A stretch of DNA of 63,283 nt, counting the filler, from Octopus bimaculoides (taxonomy: Eukaryota): NCBI RefSeq assembly GCF_001194135.2. It is 6 parts of 5 records of this genome, joined end to end, with 100 filler letters (N's around TTAATTAATTAA, not from the genome) between each part and the next. Parts side by side here need not be neighbours in the genome. Positions count along the whole stretch, not along the records: positions 38,693 to 43,566 come from NC_069006.1; positions 43,667 to 52,086 come from NC_068983.1; positions 52,187 to 61,334 come from NC_068987.1; 3 more parts are not named here. One strand, given 5' to 3'. Positions within the stretch are counted from its first letter, which is position 1; each line of letters opens with the position of its first letter. A program made the translations under genes and the position numbers. Positions 40,500 through 53,069 of this stretch are shown here, piece by piece. The notes under the pieces are model-generated. The model saw nothing but the letters and a program-made list of their open reading frames with translations, ran no database searches and was not told the DNA's origin.

Positions 40500-41285
40500 A
40501 AAATGTGCCGAGTTCAATGTGCACGTGTGTGACAAGGAGTAGCATCTTGCTGGAACAGCGATCTTGTTGAGGTTTACACCGTCTGTTGTCTCAAGATATT
40601 CAGAAAGCATCCAGGTCTTTACATGTTTTAAAACCTGAACATAAATTCCTGTCAATCTCTCAGCCTTCTCAAAGATGGTCAATGGCATCTTCTTGCCATC
40701 ATAGGTCACATAGGCGAAAATTGTCACCTTGGCAGGGTTTTGTCCCCGAAAATGACTTTTTAAGCTCTCTCGTGGGGGAAGTGAAGCCAGAACGCGGCTG
40801 TTGCATTCTGTTTGTGGGCGTATCTTGGGCGAAATTCTTCTCATCTTTGTAAAAGATCACTCCAGGATTATGTTTCACTTCGTTCAAGATGGTCTTCGCC
40901 CTCTCCAATCTTCTAACCTTTTGTCCTGGAATAACAAGTTGTCTCACAGGCCTCAATACGATTTCATTTTCAAGTCTTCTGTTACTGCTCTTAGAACTTT
41001 CATAGACGAAACTCCTCCTTAACGTGCCAGACGTCTTATAGAGTGAGCTGGATCTCTTCTGATTGCTCTCTTCAGTTCCAGACTGAAATGATGATTCCTC
41101 TTGTGGTTATGACCTCTTGATCTCGTTTTCATTTCCATTATTTCCTCTTTCTCAAACTTATTCACAATTCTCTTGATGGCTCTTGAACGAACTTTGAAGA
41201 TGGAAGCCAGAGAATGAATGTTGGTACCATTAATGAAGGCCTGGATGATCTTAGCCTTCTCAACGTTGCTCTATTAGGAAGACAT
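40500..41285 (-). mobile_element. Decayed Tc1/mariner-superfamily (maT-like) transposase
   Basis: HTH region, then KVRRLERAKTILN, VIFYKDEKNF (first catalytic D), PAKVTIFAYVTYDGKKMPL, LFQQDATPCHT (second D). Contains stops and frameshifts and is truncated after the second D. Confidence 0.85.
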
Positions 41286-41348
41286 GGTGAGGCTGGCACA
41301 AAACGGTTTCCGCCTGTTCTCTTTCTTACTAAATATCTTCTTTTAACT

Positions 41349-41623
41349 CAGTGGTTCCCAAACATTTTCGGGCTGCCGCCCCCTTGGCCCCCAGGCCACC
41401 TTCCTAAAGCCCCCACCCCAACTAACCATCACAAACATAGACCTCTTTCTGAAGCAAATTCAAAGCAACTGTATTTAACAAATAAGACTTAACCTAATAA
41501 ACCCGTTATTTTGTTGTTTTTACATGAATCGCTACCCCATTATCGCCCCACTTTTCTTCAACGACTCCTTGGAACTTTCCACCGACCCCAGGGCGGCAAC
41601 ACCGCCCACTTTGGGAACCATTG
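41349..41623. mobile_element. hAT-Charlie-type MITE (275 bp)
   Basis: TIRs CAGTGGTTCCCAAAC / CTTTGGGAACCATTG. 8-bp TSD TTTTAACT / CTTTAACT with central TA. Confidence 0.8.
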
Positions 41624-41949
41624 CTTTAACTCATTCCGATTTCACAAAGATTTCCTGTATAGCCACAAACCGCTTTTAACACATAGAGCCCTCTCCCCCA
41701 CCCACACGCATAGTAAACATATATACACACGTATTTATGCGTGCGCGCACACACACACACACATAAGCGCATGCACACACAAACCTCGTTGGTCATATCC
41801 TCTCTCTTTTATTACCTGCTTTCAGTGTAACCTACCTGTATGTAAATAAATATTGGTTCACATTCATATGTATGTATGTATGTATGTATGTACAAATACA
41901 AACCCAGACATGCACACATAAATACATACACACAAACACAGACACACAC

Positions 41950-42080
41950 ACGACAAGCTATTTCAGTTTCCATCTACCAAATTCCCTCAAAAGGCATTGG
42001 TTTGCCTTGAGCTCTAATAGAAAACACTTGCCCAAGGCGCCACAGTGGGACTGAACCCGAATCCACAGTACATAGCCACA
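41950..42080 (-). mobile_element. SINE family A, degenerate 5' part
   Basis: Reverse complement of GGGTTCAGTCCCACTGTGGCGCCTTGGGCAAGTG. Confidence 0.7.
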
Positions 42081-42509
42081 CTTTTCTTCTTGTTGTCCCC
42101 CACCCACACCTTATTTCTTACCTTTAATAGTAAAATATATGAAACTGTGTCAGTGACCAGATCGCAGATTGAGCGACGAAAATTTTGACACCAAGTAACA
42201 AAAGATAATTTGAAGCTAATTGTTTCTGTGTGTTTTTGAATGGCTAATCTGTGTTTCCTCCACGCTATAATTGCTTTAGTTTCAACAGAGAATCAGATCA
42301 AATTACTCGTAAGACAAGTACATCTCCAAGCATTTCGATAGATTCTACCAAGCAAATAAATTCCGATGGACACTGAGCGTCTACACAACAACTTCACCTC
42401 ATAAAATACTGCATCTCTCTGGGGGTCAATAAAAGACATTATCGGTATAAATTCACAATTTCGCAGCTATTTCAGAAATCTTTAGCTATAATCTTTTACT
42501 ATTTATTTC

Positions 42510-42870
42510 TCTCAGTCTTTAGACTACGGCCTTCAAGAACTTAGTCGAACAGATCAACACCAATACTTTATGTTTGTTAAGCCTTGTACTTATGCTATCA
42601 GTGTCTTTTGACAAAACCTTAATAATACGCTACCTTAAACAAATCAACACCGCTTGTCAAACGGTGATCACACACACACAGACACACATATGTATACATA
42701 CACGACAGGCTTCTCTCAGTTTCCGTCTACTCGATCCACTGACAAAGCTTTAATCGGCCTAGTGTAATAAATAGTTAAAGAACACCTGCCCAGTCCCACA
42801 GTGTGGGACTGAACCCAGTACCATGTGGTTTGGAAGCAAACTTCTTACCACACAGACGCCTGTGCATATA
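42510..42870 (-). mobile_element. SINE family A, degenerate full-length copy
   Basis: Head, central (CA)n and 3' domain all recognisable in reverse. Confidence 0.65.
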
Positions 42871-43518
42871 AATATACATATACACTCAGAAATCGAACAA
42901 TGAGAATGAGTGCCAAGCACTACATTGGTGGATAAAGAATCTTTATTTGTGTACTAAGGCTACCATAGGTTTCATGTTAAGGAATACCTCAACAATTATT
43001 CAAGCTTATCAGAAACTTCAGTGTTCGTCTCCATTTTCGACAATGTAGCAAGTATTATCTAGATCAGTACGTCATGGCAATAATAATTTATACGTTCAAA
43101 TAATTGGTATAGAAACTGAAACAAAATATTTGCATAACCACGTTAAATCATGTGTAATTCAGACACTTAAGTAGCTGTACAGAAATAAGTATGAGAATTT
43201 TAAAAATTAAATTAGAAGTAAAAAATTTAATGAAAAAAAAAATATATATATATAAAAAGACATTAGCTATCTTAAGCGGCTGACAATGACAAGAACTAAC
43301 CATATGAATATTCAACAATGATTTCACGTGAACATGGACCGAAAAACAACGTGTATGCATGCGAAATTTTCACAATAAAACTAAAAATAATATATGGCGC
43401 GTTTCATGTCCTCGCTACAAGCAATGGCGGTGACTAGATTCGTATCAGCCAATAGTTTAGGTGTAGGGGTAGGGGAAAAAAGCTTGTGTGTATGCCTGTA
43501 CACATACATATACACATA

Positions 43519-43566
<48 letters not shown>

Positions 43567-44429
43567 NNNNNNNNNNNNNNNNNNNNNNNNNNNNNNNNNN
43601 NNNNNNNNNNTTAATTAATTAANNNNNNNNNNNNNNNNNNNNNNNNNNNNNNNNNNNNNNNNNNNNATAAAAGTAAATACGCGCACACATACATACATAC
43701 ATACAAAGGAGAATCTGGATAAACTGGGATTTACAGAAAGAAAAATTGACCGGCTGATTCGTACATTGCAAGTCCAATATATGAGTGGAACAGTAAAAAA
43801 ATGGAAGACTTTTCTCAAGTTCCAAATGTGAATTTGTCTGTGTTAACTACATCCCAAAGATTCCTTGTTGGAAACCGGCTTCCTCCTCAGTGGAAGATTT
43901 ATAATAATTAAAAATAGAAGACACATACATACATACATACATACATACGATTGCATGTACAAATACTCACACACAAATGTGCACACGCACACACACGTGA
44001 GAGATAGATATTTAATGTACACAGTATAAAGAAAAGAGCTACTAATAGTTTCTTGCTGTGAAGACACGTGGCTAGATAGGTTTTTATAGCATACATTGTA
44101 TTTCCAAGCAATCTACGGACTCTGAGCACATGGTGTGTTCTATCTGAAAGTTTGGATGCTAGTTCAAGAGAAACACCGAGAAAAAAAAAAACGAGGGAAA
44201 ACGAGTTTGACACGGAAAGTGGAAGGGTGAATAAAAAGAGAAAAGAAAAGTAAAGAAAAATATGAGTGTAACATCCCTTTTGACTGTCCAAAGTGTGCGA
44301 GATAGCTGTTCAATCCGGAGAGGGTGGTGTCCTCCACTTCACCAAAAGAAATTTGACCATATGTTTGTATATGCTGAAATTTTCGGATCTGGAATTAAGC
44401 AGTGCAGTGGAATTCTTAGATCTATCTAT

Positions 44430-44526
44430 ATATATAAACGACGGGCTTCTTTCAGTTTCCATCTACCAGATCTACTCACAAGGCTTTGTTCGGCATGAGG
44501 CTATTGTAGAAGACACTTGCCCAAGT
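44430..44526 (-). mobile_element. SINE family A fragment
   Basis: Reverse complement of TTGGGCAAGTGTCTTCTAC...GAAAGAAGCCCGTCG. Confidence 0.75.
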
Positions 44527-45132
44527 GTTAACTGCATATTCTTTTGAAAACCCTGGGCCCACAGAGAAAATTCATTTAAACAAAAGGAGTTTTTGACGGT
44601 GAGAAGTTTGGAAACCATGGCTCTAATCGAAGTGAGAATAATGGACGAGTGAGTCCCTATCTCCTCGGGTAAACAGGTGAAATGTTGTTGGATATCTCTC
44701 ACTTGCGCTGTCCTACCCCTTGTTCATGGTTAGAATACACAGAATCTTGACACCCCGAGTCTATACCATCTAACAGACACCAAAATGTAAAATGAATTTG
44801 TTGATATAATAAGTAGAGTGTTGTAAAATTGGAGAGTATTTTGCAAGCTTGCAGTACTGCACAGTCGGATCAACTTTGCGGTGGTCTACGGCAAACTGAC
44901 CGATAGACTAAACGGTAAGCTCTCTGATGCACTAAACGAACATGAAATCTTCAGTGGTGCTCCACAGAGCCTATGGGTTAAGGAACCGACTAACATAATC
45001 AACTGAAGTTTCACTGATGACCGAGTCAGTAGAGCACCAAGAAACCAACCCAAGTATTCTCTATATCACATTTTCTTATGACATTTAAATTTTCCTTATC
45101 CTTTCTGTATCGAACAATAGTTTACATTGTTG

Positions 45133-45452
45133 GCACTCCGTCGCTTACAACGTCAAGGGTTCCAGTTGATCCGATCAACGGAACAGCCTGCTCGTGAAAT
45201 TAACGTGCAAGTGGCTGAGCACTCCACAGACACGTGTACCCTTAACGCAGTTCTCGGGGATATTCAACGTGACACAGTGTGACAAGGCTGACCCTTTGAA
45301 ATACAGGTACAACAAAAACAGGAAGTAAGAGCGAGAGAAAGTTGTGGTGGAAGAGTACAGCAGGGTTCGCCACCATCCCCTGCCGGAGCCTCGTGGAGCT
45401 TTTTAGGTGTTTTCGCTCAATAAACAGTCACAACGCCCGGTCTGGGAATCGA
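45133..45452 (-). mobile_element. SINE family C variant, head lost in gap
   Basis: Closely similar to 35538-35850 and ends at an N-run. Confidence 0.8.
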
Positions 45453-46104
45453 NNNNNNNNNNNNNNNNNNNNNNNNNNNNNNNNNNNNNNNNNNNNNNNN
45501 NNNNNNNNNNNNNNNNNNNNNNNNNNNNNNNNNNNNNNNNNNNNNNNNNNNNNNNNNNNNNNNNNNNNNNNNNNNNNNNNNNNNNNNNNNNNNNNNNNNN
45601 NNNNNNNNNNNNNNNNNNNNNNNNNNNNNNNNNNNNNNNNNNNNNNNNNNNNNNNNNNNNNNNNNNNNNNNNNNNNNNNNNNNNNNNNNNNNNNNNNNNN
45701 NNNNNNNNNNNNNNNNNNNNNNNNNNNNNNNNNNNNNNNNNNNNNNNNNNNNNNNNNNNNNNNNNNNNNNNNNNNNNNNNNNNNNNNNNNNNNNNNNNNN
45801 NNNNNNNNNNNNNNNNNNNNNNNNNNNNNNNNNNNNNNNNNNNNNNNNNNNNNNNNNNNNNNNNNNNNNNNNNNNNNNNNNNNNNNNNNNNNNNNNNNNN
45901 NNNNNNNNNNNNNNNNNNNNNNNNNNNNNNNNNNNNNNNNNNNNNNNNNNNNNNNNNNNNNNNNNNNNNNNNNNNNNNNNNNNNNNNNNNNNNNNNNNNN
46001 NNNNNNNNNNNNNNNNNNNNNNNNNNNNNNNNNNNNNNNNNNNNNNNNNNNNNNNNNNNNNNNNNNNNNNNNNNNNNNNNNNNNNNNNNNNNNNNNNNNN
46101 NNNN

Positions 46105-46220
46105 NTCTTTCTCCTCCTTCCCCTCTCTCTTTCTCCTCCTTCCCCTCTCTCTTTCTCCTCCTTCCCCTCTCTCTTTCTCCTCCTTCCCCTCTCTCTTTCT
46201 CCTCCTTCCCCTCTCTCTCC
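46105..46220. repeat. Pyrimidine-rich minisatellite with a unit of about 22-24 bp
   Basis: CTCTCTCTTTCTCCTCCTTCCC repeated. Confidence 0.8.
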
Positions 46221-46267
46221 GTTTTTACTTCAACTTTATGATTTCTGATTACCTACCCCTTCTCTCT

Positions 46268-46408
46268 ACAGCCTTGTCACACTGTGTCACGCTGAATATC
46301 CCCGAGAACTACGTTAAGGGAACACGTGTCTGTGGAGTGCTTAGCCACTTGCATGTTAATTTCACGGGAAGGCTGTTCCGTTGGTCGGATCAACTGGAAC
46401 CCTCGACG
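46268..46408 (+). mobile_element. SINE family C, 3' fragment
   Basis: CCTTGTCACACTGTGTCACGCTGAAT...GGATCAACTGGAACCCTCGACGTC matches the family body. Confidence 0.75.
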
Positions 46409-47050
46409 TCTTCTCTCCATTTTCATCTCTTCCTACTCAACCCTCTTTTAAATTCACTCCTCACGCTTTCACACTACAATTCTTTCTTTTCTCTCATGTT
46501 AACAGTTTCCAATATATACATTTACTTCCTTCTTAATGAGTCGTTACCTTCCTCCCTACCTACCTAATTTTTCAGTGACTTACTAAGAATCGAAACCGCA
46601 TTGCAGTCTTTGTTGTTCAATAAAAAGCTTAAATCTCTTGCACCGAGTTGCTCACAGCTTCAACAGCTTAATAGCAGCATTGAAGTTTTTGATCCCAGCC
46701 TTAATCTCAACTTAAACTTCTCGCTCTGCCGACACCTTTGTTAAAAACAAACGAGATCTGTATTTTGACGCCATATTTCATATTTTAGGAAATGAGGGGG
46801 AAAAAAAAGAAAATATGACAACTCCATTGATTTTATTTAGACAAACACTGCTTTCTTTAATCATTTCACCGCCGCCATTTTCACTGCTAATTCTCTGAAA
46901 TTTATCTTTGACATGTGTGTTTCTGTTTGTATCTGTCTCTCTCTGTGATATAATATGTGACACCTATATCATAATAATATCTTCTTTCTTTCTTTCTTTC
47001 GTTCTTTCTTTCATTCTTCCCTTCTTTCCTTCTTTCTTTCTTTCTTTCCT

Positions 47051-47082
<32 letters not shown>

Positions 47083-47158
47083 ATATACACAATAAAAACC
47101 CATGTTCATTCAAGGAACTGTATGGGTTTGTATTTACTCAACTTGTGTCCATTTGTTG

Positions 47159-47209
<51 letters not shown>

Positions 47210-47391
47210 CACACACAACACACACACACAACATGCATACACATAGATGTTACACACACTAAAAGTACACAAAATATATACACGTGCCATAAGCATATCA
47301 ATACATACACTGCATACACAACATATAAAAGATAGATTTATCATCAGATGACATATAAGATATGTACACACCTGATATTATACGGGATATA

Positions 47392-47610
47392 AAGGCGACT
47401 AGCTGGCAGAATTGTTAGCATGCCGGGTAAAACGTTTAGCGGCATTACGTCCGTCTTAACGTTCTGAGTTCAAATTCCGCCGAGGTTGACTTTGCCTTTC
47501 ATCCTTTCGTGGTCGATAAATTATGTATCAGTGTTTCACTGGAGTCGATGTAACCGACTATCTCCCTTCCACCAAATTTCAGGCCTTGTGCCTATAGTAG
47601 AAAGGATATT
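47392..47610 (+). mobile_element. SINE family B, full unit
   Basis: AAGGCGACTAGCTGGCAG...CAGGCCTTGTGCCTATAGTAGAAAGG. Confidence 0.85.
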
Positions 47611-48666
47611 ATACGGGATATACATTACCCGCATCTAATATCTTATGATATATACATACTTCATTCTATAGGCCATACATACTCCTGATGATGGTGATAA
47701 TATATATATATATATATATATATATTATTACAAATTTGGGATTTTACCAATCGGACCACAACTTCAATTTTAGGACAACCTTATTTTCTGGAGTATACAA
47801 AGAAAGTTATATCCAAAATGCTAATCTAATAATATAATCATTTTAAAATCTACTATAACGTACAATAAAATAAAGTACATTAGAATTAATCAAAAATTAT
47901 TAATTAGAATTAATTAATTAATTAGAATTATTCAGAATTAATTAAAAATTATTTAAACGTATTTTTGAAAAATATATATACCTTACCTGTTATTAGTCTA
48001 TGAGGAAAGAAGATAATATTAATCAACGCTACACGTGTTTCTGTCCTGGTGGTTTGTTTTACGAGGCTATACCTAATACATAAATCCACCAGTGCGTCCT
48101 CAGGCTATTTTTTCCCTTCTTATTATTATTAACGGATCCAACTTAATCATACAAATTCTAAGATATCTTCATTAAAAATAAGAATAAGAATAAAAATATA
48201 TATATATCATTTCCTAATATATTTTTACAAAATTTAAAAGATTTTAAAAATTAAAAAATTAAAAAATTTAAAAAATTCATAAAAATTTAATAAAATTAAA
48301 CACCTAAAAATATAATAATGATATATATATATATATATATATANNNNNNNNNNNNNNNNNNNNNNNNNNNNNNNNNNNNNNNNNNNNNNNNNNNNNNNNN
48401 NNNNNNNNNNNNNNNNNNNNNNNNNNNNNNNNNNNNNNNNNNNNNNNNNNNNNNNNNNNNNNNNNNNNNNNNNNNNNNNNNNNNNNNNNNNNNNNNNNNN
48501 NNNNNNNNNNNNNNNNNNNNNNNNNNNNNNNNNNNNNNNNNNNNNNNNNNNNNNNNNNNNNNNNNNNNNNNNNNNNNNNNNNNNNNNNNNNNNNNNNNNN
48601 NNNNNNNNNNNNNNNNNNNNNNNNNNNNNNNNNNNNNNNNNNNNNNNNNNNNNNNNNNNNNNNNNN

Positions 48667-48712
<46 letters not shown>

Positions 48713-49389
48713 TGTATAATGTATGTATATATCATAAGATCCTGGATAATATCAGATGTTAATAAACCTTATATGATCAAAGGTATATATACATCGTATA
48801 TATTATCAGATGCACCGTCTCTAATTTTCACACAGTGAATATATTAGATTGATTCTCAGTGAAAGTTTTGGATGGAAAATGGGTGTGACTTTCCGAACAT
48901 GACTCTTCGTCGGAGGGAGGAAAAAGTTCAGAAAGAAGGAAAAGGAGGAAGGAGAAGACTACGAGAAGAGCAAAATAACTGACCGGAAGTTGGAGAAAAA
49001 TAGATAATGTGGTTCTTGAAAGAAGGAGTGTCTGTATCTGATATTATCTAGTCGGTCCTGTGCCGCCCAAGGTTTTAGTACTCTTGAATCATTCGCCTCG
49101 ACGCCGCCATCATCCTTATGTATATATTATTTTTACATTGCCCCAAGCTCTGTATTTACCTCTTCGTCTAGTCCTTTTTCTTCCCAGAACGTAGGTCCTT
49201 CGGAATTCCTTCTATGCACTTGTTTTCTTTGACTTTAAGAGGAACATTATTGGCATTGATCTTGGCAGACTTGAAGGACCTGCGTCGGCCACCATTGGTT
49301 CAAAACATTCCTCACACCAAACTAATTAAAGATAAATAAGATAAAGATAATTAAAGATAAACGAATTAAAGAAAACATACATTTCATAT

Positions 49390-49559
49390 GCAGGCGCAGG
49401 AGTGGCTGTGTGGTAAGTAGCTTGCTTACCAACCACATGATTCCGGGTTCAGTCCCACTGCGTGGAACCTTGGGCAAGTGTCTTCTACTATAGCCTCGGG
49501 CCGACCAAAGCCTTGTGAGTGGATTTGGTAGACGGAAACTGAAAGAAGCCCGTCGTATA

Positions 49560-49600
<41 letters not shown>

Positions 49601-49826
49601 GTGTGTGTTTGTGTGTCTGTGTTTGTCCCACTAGCATTGCTTGACAACCGATGCTGGTGTGCTTATATCCCCGTAACTTAGCGGCTCGGCAAAAGAGACC
49701 GATAGAATGAGTACTAGGCTTACGAAGAATAAGTCCCGGGGGTCGATTTGCTCGAGTAAAGGCGGTGCTCCAGCATGACCACAGTCAAATGACTGAAACA
49801 AGTAAAAGAGTAATAGAGTAAAAGAG
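49390..49826 (+). mobile_element. tRNA-headed SINE family A, full length with internal (TA)n/(TG)n tract
   Basis: GCAGGAGTGGCTGTGTGG (A box), GGGTTCAGTCCC (B box), CCTTGGGCAAGTG, central microsatellite, 3' domain, (GTAAAAGA)n tail. Confidence 0.9.
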
Positions 49827-50059
49827 TATACATAGATGTATCTGCATGCATAGATATAAAGTCATAAATAACAGAAAAATAGTTTGATAACATTTTATTT
49901 AACAATAAGAAATTACTAATATTACGACAAATTGAATCCATATATTGTGGCGTACACACACGCGCGCGCGCACATAGAGAGAGGTACATACACACGCGTA
50001 CCTTCTCACACATATATTCATGCATGCATATACACATGGGTATGGATATATTCTTCAAT

Positions 50060-50480
50060 TCTTTTACTTGTTTCAGTTATTAGACTAAGACCCTGCTGGA
50101 GTACCGCCTCGAAGAATTGTAGTTGAACGAATCAACCCCAGGACTTATTCTATCGGTGTCTTTTGCCGAACCGCTAAGTTGGGGGTGACCTAATCAAACC
50201 AGCACCAGGTGTCAAGCGGTGGTGTTGGACAAATATAAACACAAAGATACACGCGCGCGCGCACGTACGTACGTATGTATGTATGTATGTATGTATGTAT
50301 GTATGTATGTATGCATGCATGTATGTATGTATGTATGTATACGACGAGTTTCTGTTAGTTTGCACCTACCCTATCCACTTACAAAGCTTTGGTCGGCCTG
50401 CAGCTATTGTAGAAGACATTTGCCCAAGGTGCCACGCACTCGGGACCATGTGGTTGGGGAGCAAACCTCTTACAACGTAA
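50060..50480 (-). mobile_element. SINE family A, degenerate full-length copy
   Basis: Head, (TACA)n centre and 3' domain in reverse, inverted relative to the 49390 copy. Confidence 0.7.
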
Positions 50481-50776
50481 AAACGCCCCCACGCACGTAA
50501 CATTAAGTATAGGCAAACGCATCCATGGCACACTTAAAGCACACTCGCATATGTTACAAATATGTCAAAAATATGCATACATGAACGCACACGCAAACTC
50601 ATATGCATACACACACAGACATGTATATGTTATATGTACGTATGCATGTACATATGCATGTATGTATGTATGCATGTACGTCTGCATGTATATTTGTATG
50701 TATGTATGTGTGTGTCTTTTGTGTGTATCATTGGCAATTTTCTTTCTCCGTCTTCCCTTTTTTGGACTTTTTCTAT

Positions 50777-50811
50777 ATTTCTGATGAAGAGCTTCGCTCA
50801 AAACGTGAAAT
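50777..50811 (+). ncRNA. Degenerate hammerhead motif (G12 to A, cleavage nucleotide G)
   Basis: ATTT-CTGATGA-A-GAGC-TTC-GCTC-AAAACGTG-AAAT. Confidence 0.45.
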
Positions 50812-50876
50812 CCTCTTTCTTTTCTTTCCTTTCCTGAGCGTCCAATAACACGTACTTGTTCCACGTCTTTTATGTG

Positions 50877-50928
<52 letters not shown>

Positions 50929-51322
50929 CACACATATATACGAGGAGGTACCCAAAAGTAACTGGAAACGTTCTGTGCGGGACAAATCCGTTATAGTTCA
51001 GGTTTCCGCCGCTAGAACCCACTTGATGCGACCCTCAGGCATCAGTCTGCCGACCGGCGTCGTCTTGTGGGGTCGAACAGCCAAATGGTGCGTCTTTGTT
51101 TTGCAGTGTTTCTCTCCTGTTCGATTTTTGCGATGGCTGAAACGAAGGGACAGCCTGCACACACATGCACACGGTCATGCAGCAATACATAGAAGGTATA
51201 CACTTTCATACATGACATAAAGACGTCATACAGAAATTCAAGTACGCATATACGTACACACAGATGAACTTACACGACATAAATACATGTCAAGACGGCA
51301 ACCTGAAAGCACCCTTCCATCT

Positions 51323-51357
<35 letters not shown>

Positions 51358-51496
51358 CACGCGTACACACACACATGCACGCGTACACAACACACATGCA
51401 CGCGTACACACACACACGTAGACACACACATACACACACGTACGCGTACACACGTAGACACAGAGACACAGAGAGAGAGACACACACACACATAGG

Positions 51497-51527
<31 letters not shown>

Positions 51528-52187
51528 CTTCGATGCATGCAGCATAAATATATGTAAAGACGGAAATCTCAAAGTACAAACACACGTCTTAAGATCAGAA
51601 TGCAATAGTTTGTGTGATAAAAAAAAAGGAAAGGAAAAAAAAAAAGGAACACCACCATCAAATAACAACAAAAAGAAAACCCTTTTTTGTTGTTGAGGCG
51701 AATTGCCACCAGACGGAGCAGGTTTAGTGGTTCTGTTGACTTAAGACAAAATAATAATCTTTGTTACAGATTGTCCTCTCTGTAGCTTCAATACATGAAA
51801 AGTTTAACTAAATTACGGCCTTGTTTCTGCTTTATCTTCTTTTCTTTTTAAAGTAAAAAAAGTCTGGGTGAGATTGAGGGATAGAGAGAGAGGGAGAGAG
51901 AGAGACTAACTGAGAGAGACTAACTGAGAGAGAGAGAAGGAAGGAGAAAGCGAGTGTGTGTGTGTGAGAGAGCGAGAGAGTGAGTGTGTGTGTATGTGAG
52001 TGAGAGAGAAAGAAAGAGAGACAGAGAAAGAGAGAGAGAAAGTGTGTATGTGAGAGAGAGAGAGAGAGAGAGTGAGAGAAAGAGAGNNNNNNNNNNNNNN
52101 NNNNNNNNNNNNNNNNNNNNNNNNNNNNNNTTAATTAATTAANNNNNNNNNNNNNNNNNNNNNNNNNNNNNNNNNNNNNNNNNNNNG

Positions 52188-52365
52188 CATCATTAATCAC
52201 GGCATCCCCAGTCCTCCACTTAACGGTTGTTGACAGCAAATGGATCGCCTCACCATCGGAACGCCACCCTTCCACAGAAAGCGGAAAAGTATGCGTTCTA
52301 GTTTCGTGATGGTGGCATCGGGACAAGGCACGACGGTCAGGCGGTAATCGATGACTGATGCGACA
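52188..52365 (-). mobile_element. L1/Tx1-clade LINE ORF2 fragment, 5' truncated
   Basis: VIDYRLTVVPCPDATITKLERILFRFLWKGGVPMVRRSICCQQPLSGGLGMP is a typical post-RT L1/Tx1 segment (FLW..G...GGLG.P). Starts right after (TATC)n. Confidence 0.8.
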
Positions 52366-52370
52366 GACAA

Positions 52371-52454
<84 letters not shown>

Positions 52455-52464
<10 letters not shown>

Positions 52465-52670
52465 TGTATGTGTCTTAGTGTTTGCCCACCACCACCGCTT
52501 GGCAACTGGTATTGGTTTGTTTACATCTGCGTGACTTATTGTTTTGACATAAAATGACTGATAGAATTAAGTACCAGATTTATTTTTAGAAAAAAAGAAT
52601 AAGTACCGGGTTCAATTTGCTTAACTAAACTCTTCAAGGTGGCACCCCAGCATGAGAGCAGTCTAAACAA
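52455..52670 (+). mobile_element. SINE family A, degenerate 3' half
   Basis: CCACCACCGCTTGGCAACTGGT...GGTGGCACCCCAGCATG. Confidence 0.6.
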
Positions 52671-52784
52671 ATAAAAAATAACCCTGACAAACACTGAGAA
52701 ATGAATCATTGCTACTGCAATAGCTTCCTTAGTCCCATTCGTTACATTTGTGATACGAAAAGTAAGTTTCGCCATAGCAAGTAA

Positions 52785-52878
52785 ATACGGGGTTTCAAAT
52801 TTTGGTACAAGGTCAGCTATTTTAGGGTAAGAAGATAGTCGATTACATCGACCCCAGTGCTTAGCTGGTACTTATATC
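52785..52878 (-). mobile_element. SINE family B, 3' fragment
   Basis: Reverse complement of GTCGATATAAGTACCAG..CACTGGGGTCGATGTAATCGACT. Confidence 0.65.
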
Positions 52879-53069
52879 GACGGCGATCATTCGATAGTAG
52901 TGCGCTAATTGCCAACCAGTAGTCAGCTGATTGCCAACAGCTTTCCCTGCTGATTGTCAACCAGTAGTCAGCTTGGTCAACATGTCTTTGTTTACATCAA
53001 TTCGGCAATTTCCGTAAAGAAAGAGGGAAAGGGCGTTAGTCAGCAGGTAGCAGACAGCAAGCACTCGCT

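Noticed and set aside
44560-44930. Two candidate plus-strand exons (donors GTGAGT at about 44649 and GTAAGC at about 44915)
   Set aside because: Their phases are incompatible with each other and there is no recognisable protein similarity.
49158-49325. Candidate minus-strand exon (GGRRRSFKSAK...)
   Set aside because: All three frames contain stops between the putative acceptor and donor, and no homology was recognised.
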